Shown here in pieces: positions 1 to 8,964 of a stretch of DNA of 64,000 nucleotides. Each line of letters starts with the position of its first letter. Positions within the stretch are counted from its first letter, which is position 1. The position numbers were made by a program, and so were the translations under genes. The stretch comes from Spirochaetia bacterium (GTDB lineage: Bacteria; Spirochaetota; Spirochaetia; SZUA-6; Bin103): the NCBI GenBank assembly GCA_965198005.1, contig CBDAOI010000004.1, positions 2,384,549 through 2,448,548 on the forward strand, written 5' to 3'. Under the pieces are notes generated by a model. That model saw only the letters and a program-made list of their open reading frames with translations. It did no database searches and was not told the origin of the DNA.

Positions 1-1
1 G

Positions 2-712
2 GCGGGGCACGATCCCAACCAGATGACACTGGCCGACCGGCTGCAGGGCCCGTCGGGCGAGTACCCGCTGGGCACCGACCAGCTCGGGCGCGACTTCCTG
101 AGCCGGCTGATCTACGGGGCGCGCATCTCGCTGTTCGTCGGTCTGGCAGCGACCACGCTGCACGTGGTGGTTGCGATGCTGATAGGCGGCACCGCGGGGT
201 TCATCGGCGGCAAACTGGACCTGTTGGTGCAGCGGTTCGTCGATGCCTGGATGTCGTTCCCGGGCCTGCTGCTGTTGCTCACGATCATGTCGATCGCCGG
301 GCAGGGGCTGCTGCAGATAATCGTGATTCTGGGGGTATCCTCCGGTATCAGCAATTCGCGGGTGGTGCGCGGCGCGGTGATCGGGATCAAGGAGAACGAC
401 TACTTCCAGGCCGCGCAGGCGATCGGCGAGCGCACCTCCGGGACCCTGCGGCGGCACGTGCTGCCCAACATCATGGCGCCGATCATCGTGATCTTCTCGA
501 TCACCATCGGCGGCATCATTGTGGCGGAGGCGTCGTTGAGCTTCTTAGGGTTTGGCCTGCCGCCCGGGGTGCCGAGCTGGGGCGGGATGCTGAGCCGGGA
601 AGGGCGCCAGTACATGGAGATGGCGCCGCGCTTGGCGATCTGGCCGGGCCTGTGCCTGACCATCGTGGTCTACAGCATCAACATGTTCGGCGACGCCCAT
701 CCTTCGAGTTGA
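2..712 (+). pseudogene. Dpp/Opp-type ABC permease (DppC/OppC-like); 5' end off-window, 3' end truncated
   Basis: LGTDQLGRD, EAA-like loop 'ENDYFQAAQAIG', 'EASLSFLGFG'. Ends MFGDA-HPSS rather than the GDALRDLLDPR end seen in the paralogue at 7164. Confidence 0.85.
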
Positions 713-1044
713 GCGTGTGCGCCGATGAAGAAATCTGGCAGCGGGACCAGGGGCGCCACCGTTCCTTGCTGCTTTCGGCGCCGCTCGCGGTACCGGCGAT
801 AGGCGGCCGCACATCCGGCTGATGCGGCCGCCGGAAGGTCGAGGGTCTGCACGCCCCACGACCGCAGGCGACCGGCTGCCAACTCCGGCTGCCGGTCACC
901 GACACCGACCTCGGCAATGCTGACCGCATTCGCGCCGGCGCCATCACCGACAACACCTTCGGCGATCGTCGAAATCGCCCACTCGTGGAACGGTGAGCGC
1001 GGCTGAGACGCGTAGATCAGAACGTTGGTGTCGAGCAGGATCAC
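670..1044 (-). pseudogene. PIN-domain (VapC-like) toxin, C-terminus lost at the junction with dppC
   Basis: MILLDTNVLI...PDFFIGAHA motifs; the last residues come from the antisense strand of dppC. Confidence 0.8.
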
Positions 1045-1274
1045 GGCTCGCGGGTCACCTCACGCAGTTCGTCCCAGGCGAGGGTGGGGCGAAGCGGAGC
1101 GGCCTCGATCGCGGCTCGACACTCATCGAAGCTCATTTGTCGCGTGGAGCCAACCGGTTCAAGGCGGGTCAAGACGATCCGGCTATCGGACTCCTCCGCG
1201 ACGCTGAACACCTCCCCGGGACGAGTAGCTCCGAGCACGATCCGTTTCTTCGAATCGATCACGCGCACCCTCAT
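1041..1274 (-). CDS. Small antitoxin (AbrB/VapB-like) upstream of the PIN toxin
   Basis: 77 aa MRVRVIDSKKRIVL...RIVLTRL; its TGA overlaps the GTG of the PIN gene (GTGA). Confidence 0.65.
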   Translation of the reverse strand: MRVRVIDSKKRIVLGATRPGEVFSVAEESDSRIVLTRLEPVGSTRQMSFDECRAAIEAAPLRPTLAWDELREVTREP

Positions 1275-1822
1275 AATGGGAATTTTCCACCCTTCGCCGC
1301 ATCTGTCAAGCTGACCCGGGTGCGGCGTGCCAAGCAGCCGTTCCGTCCGACCGGGCGGCGCACGCCGTACCTGCGTGTGCTGTTCCAACAGGTCGACGAG
1401 GAACTCTGGCGCTGATGCGCATCTGTCCGGACATCTCCGGGTACAGCCACTTCAGGCGAGGGATGCCGGAGGCGGTGCGAACCGTGACCCGGGCCCGGTC
1501 GGTGTTGGTGGCGGCCATCCTCCTGGGCGAGTGGGTGCCGGGTTGGCGGCCATCCGCCGTCGGCGCCGGTCGGGAGCGGCACACCACCCCGCATCGCGTT
1601 GGCACGCAGGTGCGGACGCCCGTCGAGCGGTCGGTGTTGGCCTGATGGGACGCACCCGCGCCACGCGCTGGGCACGCCACAACACCGCCGGCACCCAGAC
1701 CAGACCCTATTCTGGTCCGAAAAAGCGGACCAGCGGGCGATGCCTGTGCATCGCTTTTCATGGTCTTCCGTATCACGCAGTGACCGTGCCGACTCTATCA
1801 ATTGCCGAAACCTACAGAAAAT

Positions 1823-1991
1823 GGAGGTGCAAATGATACTCAAAGAACCGCACGCGCGCGCGGCGTGAGCCCGGGTGAACCCGGTGAGTCACACGCCGCG
1901 CGCTTCAGGAAGTTGACTCTATCTGGCTGGTCGCCTGCGTTGCGGGCGCGAGAGTAGCCAGGAAGCGGCAATCCGCTTCGCAATACTCTCG
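1823..1991 (+). promoter_or_regulatory. Conserved structured leader, copy 1 (GGAGG + 11-codon uORF, 12-bp hairpin, covarying stems)
   Basis: Homologous to 9249-9415; pairings are conserved through compensatory changes; ends 25 nt before the SBP ATG. Confidence 0.65.
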
Positions 1992-2015
1992 AAAAATCCA
2001 CATACGGAGAAACGT

Positions 2016-3189
2016 ATGAACATTGTAAAAATCAGAATGACCTTCGCGATTGCGTTGGTCCTCGCCCTGACCGCAACCGGCCTCTGGGCCGCCGGCGCAG
2101 ATGAGGAGCCGGCAGCCGCCGCCGACAAGAAGTATGTAACCGACCCCACAACCGGCAAGGTGGTGACTGCGCCAGAGTATGGCGGGACAATAACCTTCGC
2201 CCGAAAAGAAGAGCCGGCGGGTCCTGACGCCGTGCTCAGTGGTTTATGGGTGCTAGACTACGTCGGTGGCGTTCTAGAGAAGCTGGCCATGGCGGACTGG
2301 GCAACGCCCAGAGACAAATTTGACTTCGTAGGTTATGCAGTGCCTCTATTCGCCTTAAAAGGGGCCCTGGCGGAAAGCTGGTCGCAGCCCGACCCACTGA
2401 CGTATGTCGTCAAAGTCCGCCAGGGCGTTCACTGGCACGATAAGGCACCGATGAACGGTCGGGAGCTGACTGCCGATGATATCGTATATAACTATCACCG
2501 AATCTTGGGACTCGGCAGCGGGTTCACCGAACCTAGCGAATTTGCCACCACTAGCTGGGCCGGTGTGCAAGTGGAATCGATAACGGCCACCGACAAATGG
2601 ACGGTTGTTTTTAAGCTGAAGGAGCTAAACCTCCGTGCGCTGGCTGCTATCCTCGACGGCCACATCGTCTGGATATACCCCCCCGAGGTAATCAAGGAAC
2701 ACGGGGACGTTACGGATTGGAGGAACCTGGTCGGCACCGGACCCTTTATGCTGACTGACTGGACCGAGGGCAGCTCTGTCACCTGGGACAAGAACCCTGA
2801 CTACTGGGGCTACGACGAAAAATACCCGGAGAACCGCCTGCCCTATGTCGACCAATTAAGGGCTCTGCTTATGCCCGAGGTGGCAACAATGTTGGCGGCA
2901 CTGCGCACAGGTAGGGTTGATCGTGGATACGAATTAAGGAGTCTCGACCAGGTAGAGAGCCTCCAGCGCACTAACCCCGAAATCGTGATATGGCCATTTT
3001 CCAATCGGTCGGATAATGCTTTCGGTATGAACGTTCAGTTGCCGCCCTTTGACGACATCAGGGTGCGCAAGGCACTGCAGATGGCAATAAACCTCGAGGA
3101 AATTAACAATGCCTTCTACAAGGGTTATGCAGATGTGACACCCCCGCCTCTGGGTTGATAGTGAGCTGAAGGAGGCAATGGGTCGATAG
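2016..3189 (+). pseudogene. ABC transporter substrate-binding protein family 5 (DppA/OppA-like) with ~0.6 kb internal deletion
   Basis: LAESWSQPD, GTGPF, DIRVRKAL motifs. After ...ADVTP (~3140) the sequence jumps, out of frame, to RLWVDSELKEAMGR*, equivalent to the C-terminus of the paralogue at 9439. Confidence 0.85.
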
Positions 3190-3285
3190 AGGGAGCGAAT
3201 CCCTACTGACCACGCAAAAAAGGGGGCTGGGGGGTTGCGCTTCCGAGCGCGTCCCAGCCCCTCACTCCTCATTGATAGGTGTTTC

Positions 3286-4088
3286 GTGAGAGCCTATATT
3301 ATCAGGCGATTATTGCTCATCATCCCCACCATGTTCATATTGAGCATCCTGGTCTTTCTCTCGGTCCGCTTCATCCCCGGAGATGTAGTAGACGTAATGA
3401 TGGGTAGGATGGAATACCAAACGATGGGGGCGCAACCATTGAGCTTGGTTTGATGGCAATCCTCATCGGGCTGGTGATCGCGTTGCCGGTCGGCATCTAC
3501 TCGGCGATTCGCCAGGATACCGTCGCCGACTTCCTGGGGCGCTCGGTCGCCATCGTCGGCCTGGCCACGCCGAACTTCTGGCTCGGCATAATGGTCATGA
3601 TCTACCCAGCCATCTGGTGGGGCTGGGCGCCGCCGCTGGAGCTGGTTTCTTTCACAGAGGACCCGCTGGGGAATCTGGCGGTGTTCGTCATTCCCAGCCT
3701 GATTCTGGGAACGGCCGCTGCTGCCGCCACCATGCGGATGACGCGCGCCATGATGCTGGAGGTGCTCCGGCAGGATTTTATCAGGACGGCCTGGGCGAAG
3801 GGCTTGCGGGAGCGGGCCGTGGTGATCCGACACGCGGTCAAGAATGCCCTGATCCCGGTGGTGTCCCTGATCGGCCTGCAGTTGCCGATTCTGGTGGGGG
3901 GCGCCGTGATCATGGAGAACATCTTCAACCTGCCGGGCCTCGGCCGCCTCCTGCTGAATGCCCTCAATGAGAGAGATTACCCGATGGTCTCCGGCATCAA
4001 CCTGTTCTTCGCCACCGGGGTGGTGCTGATCAACCTGCTCATCGACTTGGTCTACGCCGTCTTGGACCCCAGGGTCCGCTATGACTGA
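3286..4088 (+). pseudogene. DppB/OppB-like permease with internal deletion/frameshift near 3435
   Basis: VRAYIIRRLLL start; 3' part ...DFIRTAWAKGL...LDPRVRYD. Lacks the periplasmic segment present in 11346..12305. Confidence 0.85.
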
Positions 4089-4295
4089 CACGGCGGTGCT
4101 GCGCCGGGTGGAGCGGGCGCCGGGTGGAGCGGGCGCCCGGTGCGGCGGAGGCAACGAAGCCGGCGGCGTGGCCAAAGCCGGGTCGCAGTCGGTCGTCCGG
4201 GTAAGGAAGCCGCGGCGGGAATTGACATTTACGGCACTTGTTGCATTCGTGACGTTTGTTGGTTACCGTTGGAAAGCAAGTACGGGAGGATGTTG

Positions 4296-4757
4296 ATGGA
4301 TGATCACGGGCCGGTCAGTTTCATGGAAACGACGTTGCCAGATGATCGGGACGTGGCGCTCGCTGCGCGCTCGAGCCGGAAGCTGGCGGCGCTGAACGAC
4401 AGCTCCGAGCCGGTGCCGGCACGGTTCGGGATGGTCGAGACGGAAACCGTACAGCTTCCCGCTCCGGCGATGCGGCTTCTCCGCGAGATCCTGGACCAGA
4501 TGGCACGCGGCCATGCGGTAACGCTGGCGCCCGTCCATGCCGAGTTGACCACGCGGCAGGCTGCCGATCTCCTGCAAGTGTCCCGGACTCATCTGGTGCA
4601 ACTGCTCAAGGACGGAAAAATCCCCTGCCGCAAGGTCGGGTCGCACCGGCGCGTGCGAACGGAGGATATCATCGCCTATCGTCGTGCCACCCAGTCTCGC
4701 CGGCGGGACGCGCTGAACGAGTTGACTGCCTACGATCAAGAGCTTGGGCTGCAGTAG
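4296..4757 (+). CDS. Excisionase-like HTH (HTH_17) antitoxin/regulator
   Basis: ELTTRQAADLLQVSRTHLVQLL...GSHRRV; GGAGG RBS at 4285; directly upstream of a PIN gene. Confidence 0.85.
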   Translation: MDDHGPVSFMETTLPDDRDVALAARSSRKLAALNDSSEPVPARFGMVETETVQLPAPAMRLLREILDQMARGHAVTLAPVHAELTTRQAADLLQVSRTHLVQLLKDGKIPCRKVGSHRRVRTEDIIAYRRATQSRRRDALNELTAYDQELGLQ

Positions 4758-4760
4758 CGA

Positions 4761-5330
4761 ATGCAGCACCGGGCGGCGCTGCTCGACGCCAATGTATTGT
4801 ATCCGGCGGGCGTCCGGGACATCTTGTTGCGTCTGGCGGATCGGGGCCTGTTCAGACCGTTGTGGACGGCACAGATCCATGACGAGTGGATCCAAAACCT
4901 TCTCTCTGACCGCCCTGAACTGACGGCCGACAAGCTGCAGCGGACAAGGTCGACGATGGACGAACACTTTCCCGAGGCCATGGTCATCAGCTACGAAAGC
5001 CTCATACCAGGGCTTGATCTCCCCGACCCGAGAGACCGCCACGTCCTGGCGGCAGCGATCTGCGCCCGAGCGGATGTGATTGTAACCCGGAACCTGCGTG
5101 ACTTTCCGGCGGACAGATTGACGCCGCACGGGCTGGCGGCGCAGCATCCCGATGAGTTCATATTGGGTCTCCTTGATGCACACCATGGAGACGTGCTCGC
5201 AGCGGTTCGCGATCATCGCACCGCGTTGAGGAATCCACCACGATCGCCTGAGGAGCATTTGGCGGCCCTCGAGAGCGGCGGCTTGGTGCAATCCGCCTCC
5301 ATACTCCGCGATTACATGGACACAATATAG
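4761..5330 (+). CDS. PIN-domain toxin (PIN_3 type)
   Basis: LLDANVLY, LPDPRDRHVLAAA, IVTRNLRDFP, HPDEF motifs. Confidence 0.9.
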   Translation: MQHRAALLDANVLYPAGVRDILLRLADRGLFRPLWTAQIHDEWIQNLLSDRPELTADKLQRTRSTMDEHFPEAMVISYESLIPGLDLPDPRDRHVLAAAICARADVIVTRNLRDFPADRLTPHGLAAQHPDEFILGLLDAHHGDVLAAVRDHRTALRNPPRSPEEHLAALESGGLVQSASILRDYMDTI

Positions 5331-5392
5331 CTCGACATGCGCCGAGGTCGAGTGGATCAGCGCCAGCGCCAAGCACCAACTCGACGACGCCG

Positions 5393-5728
5393 TTGACAGT
5401 TTGCCGCGGGCGTGCGACCGTCCACCGCTCGCACGGCCCACGGTCAGCGCAGTGACCGGTTGCCGGTGACGCCGGTGACGTCCGAGCGCTTGACCGCTGT
5501 TGCAGCGTCGGCTAGGGTGACCACCGTGGGAGCCTCACCGATGCGGCTGATGCCTGACGTGCCTGACGACACGCGCTTGACGGCTGTCGCAGCGTCGGCT
5601 ATGGTGCCTGCCTTGGGGATTGTGAGCGATGCGCATGATGCATGACGATACCTACCCGCACAGCCACTGGTTAGCCTCGAAGCGGCCGGTGATACGTCTG
5701 TCTACCCCCCCCGTACCCCCCTGTACCC
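5393..5728 (+). repeat. Tandem sigma70-promoter-like units with 9-mer duplications, followed by a C-rich tract
   Basis: TTGACA-17-GACCGT (5393), TTGACC-17-TAGGGT (5490), TTGACG-17-TATGGT (5577); units 2 and 3 share a ~34-bp near-identical core. Confidence 0.6.
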
Positions 5729-5771
5729 TTTAGAGATTAGAAAGTTCGTCAGGGACTGCTAGAATCCCAGG

Positions 5772-5955
5772 CGGGCAAGGCAGCCTACCGGGAGCAACCT
5801 TGAGCCCCCCGCGCCGTAGAGCGCCCGGGGGGGACGTGTGCCCCGGTAGGAGTGCCGCGATGGATACCCAGTGAGGAGCTTCCCACCGGGCGGGGCCCGG
5901 CGTGGTCATGTAAGAAACTGTTGTTTCTTAGGAGTAGTGCCAGGTGGGAAGGTGC
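5772..5955 (+). ncRNA. Predicted IS110 bridge RNA
   Basis: Two stem-loops with large internal loops: CCTACCGGG(5784)/CCCGGTAGG(5850), and CTTCCCACC(5879)/GGTGGGAAG(5951) with inner TAAGAAAC/GTTTCTTA. Position upstream of an IS110 ORF fits. Confidence 0.6.
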
Positions 5956-6040
5956 CAGGAGCACCGGAGCACCGGAGCACCAGTACAGGGGTGGAACGAC
6001 ATCGTGGCAGCCGAGCTCCACAATCTCTGGAGGTGACAGG

Positions 6041-6730
6041 ATGTCAACCGAACAGACCGAACAGACCGAACAGTGGTTCGTGGGTATCGATTGGGCGACC
6101 CAGCAACATCAGATTTGTGTGCTTGAGGATGACGGCGCGGTGGTCGCGGAACGGCAGGTGGCCCATAGCGGCGCCGGCATCGCCGACTTGTGCGCATGGT
6201 TGCACGAGCTATCCGGCGGGCACCCGGAGCGCGTGCACGCGGGGATCGAGGTGCCGCATGGCGCGGTGGTCGAGATGCTGCTGGAGCGGGAGGTGCAGGT
6301 GTACGCGATCAATCCCAAGCAGCTGGATCGATTTCGTGACCGGTTTACGGTGGCCGGCGCCAAGGATGACCGGCGCGACGCGCGGGTGTTGGCAGACTCG
6401 CTGCGCACCGACCGACGCAGCTTTCGTCAGTTGCAGGTGCAGGCACCGCCGGTGATCGAGTTGCGGGAATGGTCGCGCCTGACTGCCGAGTTGCAGGAGG
6501 AACGCAACGGGCTGATCAATCGCATGCGCGAGCAACTGCGCCGCTACTACCCGCAGCTGATCGAGCTGGGCGGTGACCTCGGCGCGGGCTGGGTTCTGGA
6601 GTTGTGGGAGAAGGCTTCGACGCCGGCGGAGGCAGCGCGGGTCCGGAAGGCGTCGGTCGCGGCCATCCTGAAGCGCAACCGCATCCGGCGCCATGATGCT
6701 GTCAGTGTGCTGCGCATCCTGCGGCTACCG
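6041..6730 (+). pseudogene. IS110 transposase/recombinase, N-terminal DEDD (RuvC-like) and coiled-coil part only
   Basis: FVGIDWA, GIEVP, INPKQ, KDDRRDA motifs; GGAGG RBS; fused to a dppC fragment after ...LRLPA. Confidence 0.9.
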
Positions 6731-7164
6731 GCGGCATCGGCGGCTCGCGCATCGCGCGCAGTGCCGTCATCGGCATCAGGGAGAACATGTATCTGCAGGC
6801 GGCGGAGGCGTTTGGCGCGAGCGCGACCAGGACCATCTTCCGTCACGTACTGCCCAACATCATGGCGCCCATGATCATCACCTTCACCGTGACCATTGGC
6901 GGCGTCATCATGGCCGAGGCTTCGCTGAGCTTCCTCGGTTTCGGCCTTCCCCCGAATGTCGCCACCTGGGGAGGCATGCTCAGCAACGACGGGCGCCGCT
7001 TCATGGAGTTGGCGCCATGGCTGGCCATCTGGCCGGGCCTCTCCCTGACCATCGTGGTTTACAGTCTGAATATGCTCGGTGATGCGCTGCGAGACCTGCT
7101 CGATCCCCGGCTGAAGGGCGGTGTGGGTCGTCTGGGTGCCAATAGTCGCGCCAAGTCGGGCTAG
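6729..7164 (+). pseudogene. DppC/OppC-like permease, 3' half only
   Basis: GGSRIARSAVIGIRENMYLQAAEAFG...GDALRDLLDPRL. Confidence 0.85.
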
Positions 7165-7251
7165 TAGCTAGCTAGTAGTCGCCAGGTAACGTCGCTGTGG
7201 TACGGCTTGGGCGCTGTTGGCGGGGCATGCTCCCACGCGTATCATGGTGGC

Positions 7252-7638
7252 ATGGGTGCGTTCATGGTCGAGTGTAAGCTGTGGGATGTCGCCAAGAGCG
7301 GTCCTGAGAAGACGATCGCCGCGGTGCTGGTGGACACCGATTCGGAGTACACCTGGCTTCCGGAGGACGTTCTCCTGGCGGCGGGCGTCACAGTCGCAAA
7401 GAAGGACCTCGCGTTCGTGATGGCCAACGGCATGACCATCACGCGAGATGTTGGCTATGCCTTCCTTTCCAGTGGGGAGTTCGAGACGGTGGACGAGGTT
7501 GTGTTCGCCCGCTCGGAAGATCTGAGTTTGCTCGGCGCCAGAACGCTGGAGGGATTCGCCGCGCGGGTGGATTCGCGCGAGAAGCGTTTGGTCGCCGCAG
7601 GGCCGATTCCTGTCGCAGGTACTGTCGCGGTCCACTGA
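7252..7638 (+). CDS. Retropepsin-like (clan AA) aspartyl protease family protein
   Basis: VLVDTDSEYT (DTG-equivalent) and LLGARTLEG motifs. Confidence 0.75.
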   Translation: MGAFMVECKLWDVAKSGPEKTIAAVLVDTDSEYTWLPEDVLLAAGVTVAKKDLAFVMANGMTITRDVGYAFLSSGEFETVDEVVFARSEDLSLLGARTLEGFAARVDSREKRLVAAGPIPVAGTVAVH

Positions 7639-7687
7639 CTCCACCGTGGGGCGACACAAGTGTCGCGGGGGCGTGGTTTGCCGCCGC

Positions 7688-7813
7688 CGTCAGGATGGTG
7701 GTCAGGCCATGGAATCCGGCGGGCAGGCGGAACAGGCGGTTGGCGGCGCCGAACAGGCCCTCGCGGAGCAGCATCGGCAGTGCCGCAAGGACGCCGCCGT
7801 AGGCGACCGCGGA
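7688..7813 (-). pseudogene. Short transposase-like fragment
   Basis: YGGVLAALPMLLREGL...LPAGFHGLTTIL resembles an uncharacterised putative transposase family; recognised from memory only. Confidence 0.45.
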
Positions 7814-7932
7814 CCTATAACACGTCAACGCTTATGACACTCTGTTCCCCTGACAGCCGCTCGCCGAGAATTGCCGCGGACTGAACCGATTGTACGGGGC
7901 GTGGTATGCTGTGGTGGAATGGAGGATAGCCC

Positions 7933-8739
7933 ATGGCCAGTTCGCTGCTCGCTCCCGCCAAGGTCCACTACCCCTCATCCGACGGCCGGCCGATGGCGGA
8001 AAGCGACTTTCAGCGCACGCCGCTGACCTACGCCGTCGACCGGCTGCGATACCACTTTCGCAACCGCCGGGACGTGTACGTCTCCGGCAACCTGTTGCTC
8101 TACTACCAGGAGGGGAATCCGCGGGCGGTAGTGGCGCCCGACGTGTTCGTGGTGCGAGGCGTGGCCAACGCCGACCGCTCCAGCTATCGGCTGTGGGAGG
8201 AGCGCAAGGTGCCTGACTTCGTGCTGGAGATTACCTCGCGCACGACGCACCGCGAGGACCAGGGACGCAAGCGCGAGTTGTACCGTGCGCTTGGGGTGCG
8301 GGAGTACTGGCAGTACGACCCGACGGGCGACTATCTGGAGCCTCCGCTGCAGGGATTGGAGTTGCGCGCGGGGGAGTACCGGCGGCTGCCGGGGCGGGAG
8401 TTGGCGGACGGCACGCTGGCGCTGGCGAGCGGCGTGCTGGGGCTGGAGTTGCGGCTGACGGAGCGGGGGCTGCGGTTCCACGATCCGGACACCGGGCAGG
8501 ACCTGCCGAACCTTGGGGAGACCGACGAGGCGCGGGAGCGCGAGCGGCAGGCGCGGGAGCGCGAGCAGCAGGCGCGGGAGCGCGAGCAGCAGGCGCGGCA
8601 AGCGGCGGAGACGCGCCTCGCGCAGGAAGCGGCAGCCCGCGCAGCCGCGGAAGCACGGGTAGCGGAGCTGGAGGCGGTGTTGCGCCGGGAGCGCGGTAGC
8701 GATTCCGGTCAGGACGGCAATCCAGCGGCACCTCGGTAG
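7933..8739 (+). CDS. Uma2 (DUF820) family endonuclease with coiled-coil tail
   Basis: YPSSDGRPMAES, VAPDVFVV, PDFVLEITS, GVREYWQYDP; GGAGG RBS. Confidence 0.92.
   Translation: MASSLLAPAKVHYPSSDGRPMAESDFQRTPLTYAVDRLRYHFRNRRDVYVSGNLLLYYQEGNPRAVVAPDVFVVRGVANADRSSYRLWEERKVPDFVLEITSRTTHREDQGRKRELYRALGVREYWQYDPTGDYLEPPLQGLELRAGEYRRLPGRELADGTLALASGVLGLELRLTERGLRFHDPDTGQDLPNLGETDEARERERQAREREQQAREREQQARQAAETRLAQEAAARAAAEARVAELEAVLRRERGSDSGQDGNPAAPR
8530..8598 (+). repeat. 21-bp tandem repeat x3 (AREREQQ) in the Uma2 tail
   Basis: GCGCGGGAGCGCGAGC(A/G)GCAG repeated. Confidence 0.85.
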
Positions 8740-8773
8740 GTGGTAGGGTGTGGTCGGGTAAGCACCGTTCTGG

Positions 8774-8964
8774 TTGACCCGTGTCACGGGTCCGTGCTAC
8801 GGTCACACTGTAGAGCCATGAGCTGTCAGATTTCTTCGACTTCTTCGACGCAGGTGATTGCCCCGAGTCGCGGGTCCGTGCTACAGTCGCACGGTAGAGC
8901 CATGGACGGTCCCTGTAGCGCCCACAACAAGTTAGCGCTTATGCCTGTACCCCCCCCCCCCCCC
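8774..8964 (+). repeat. Second tandem promoter-like repeat array with poly-C tract
   Basis: TTGACC-18-TACGGT (8774) and TTGCCC-18-TACAGT (8858); ~48-bp similar units; TTCTTCGAC x2 between them; C15 at 8950-8964. Confidence 0.6.

Larger units (their letters stand above)
5755..6730 (+). mobile_element. IS110-family element: left end plus 5' half of the recombinase; right half missing
   Basis: ~285-nt structured non-coding left end beginning near a TAGAAT -10 box, followed by a DEDD transposase ORF. The exact left boundary is inferred. Confidence 0.8.

Noticed and set aside
1300-1800. Short ORF ends, 12-bp direct repeats and two small hairpins (1711-1757)
   Set aside because: Could not assign a family or function; probably fragments.
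1923-1991. HDV-like ribozyme or known riboswitch
   Set aside because: No P3/L3 or P1.1 elements, and no match to the SAM, SAH, ZTP, fluoride or cobalamin consensus as I recall them; an Rfam search is still needed.
4100-4148. 16-bp tandem repeat after the presumed dppC start codon
   Set aside because: Short GC-rich duplication at a junction; no further support for a function.
5393-5728. CRISPR or TIGR array next to IS110
   Set aside because: Only 2-3 degenerate units with 87-97 bp spacing, no regular 36-nt period, and no cas genes in the window.
5852-6874. 340-aa IS110 ORF as listed in the track
   Set aside because: The real start is ATG 6041 (RBS present); the upstream part is the structured end and the tail is out-of-frame dppC.
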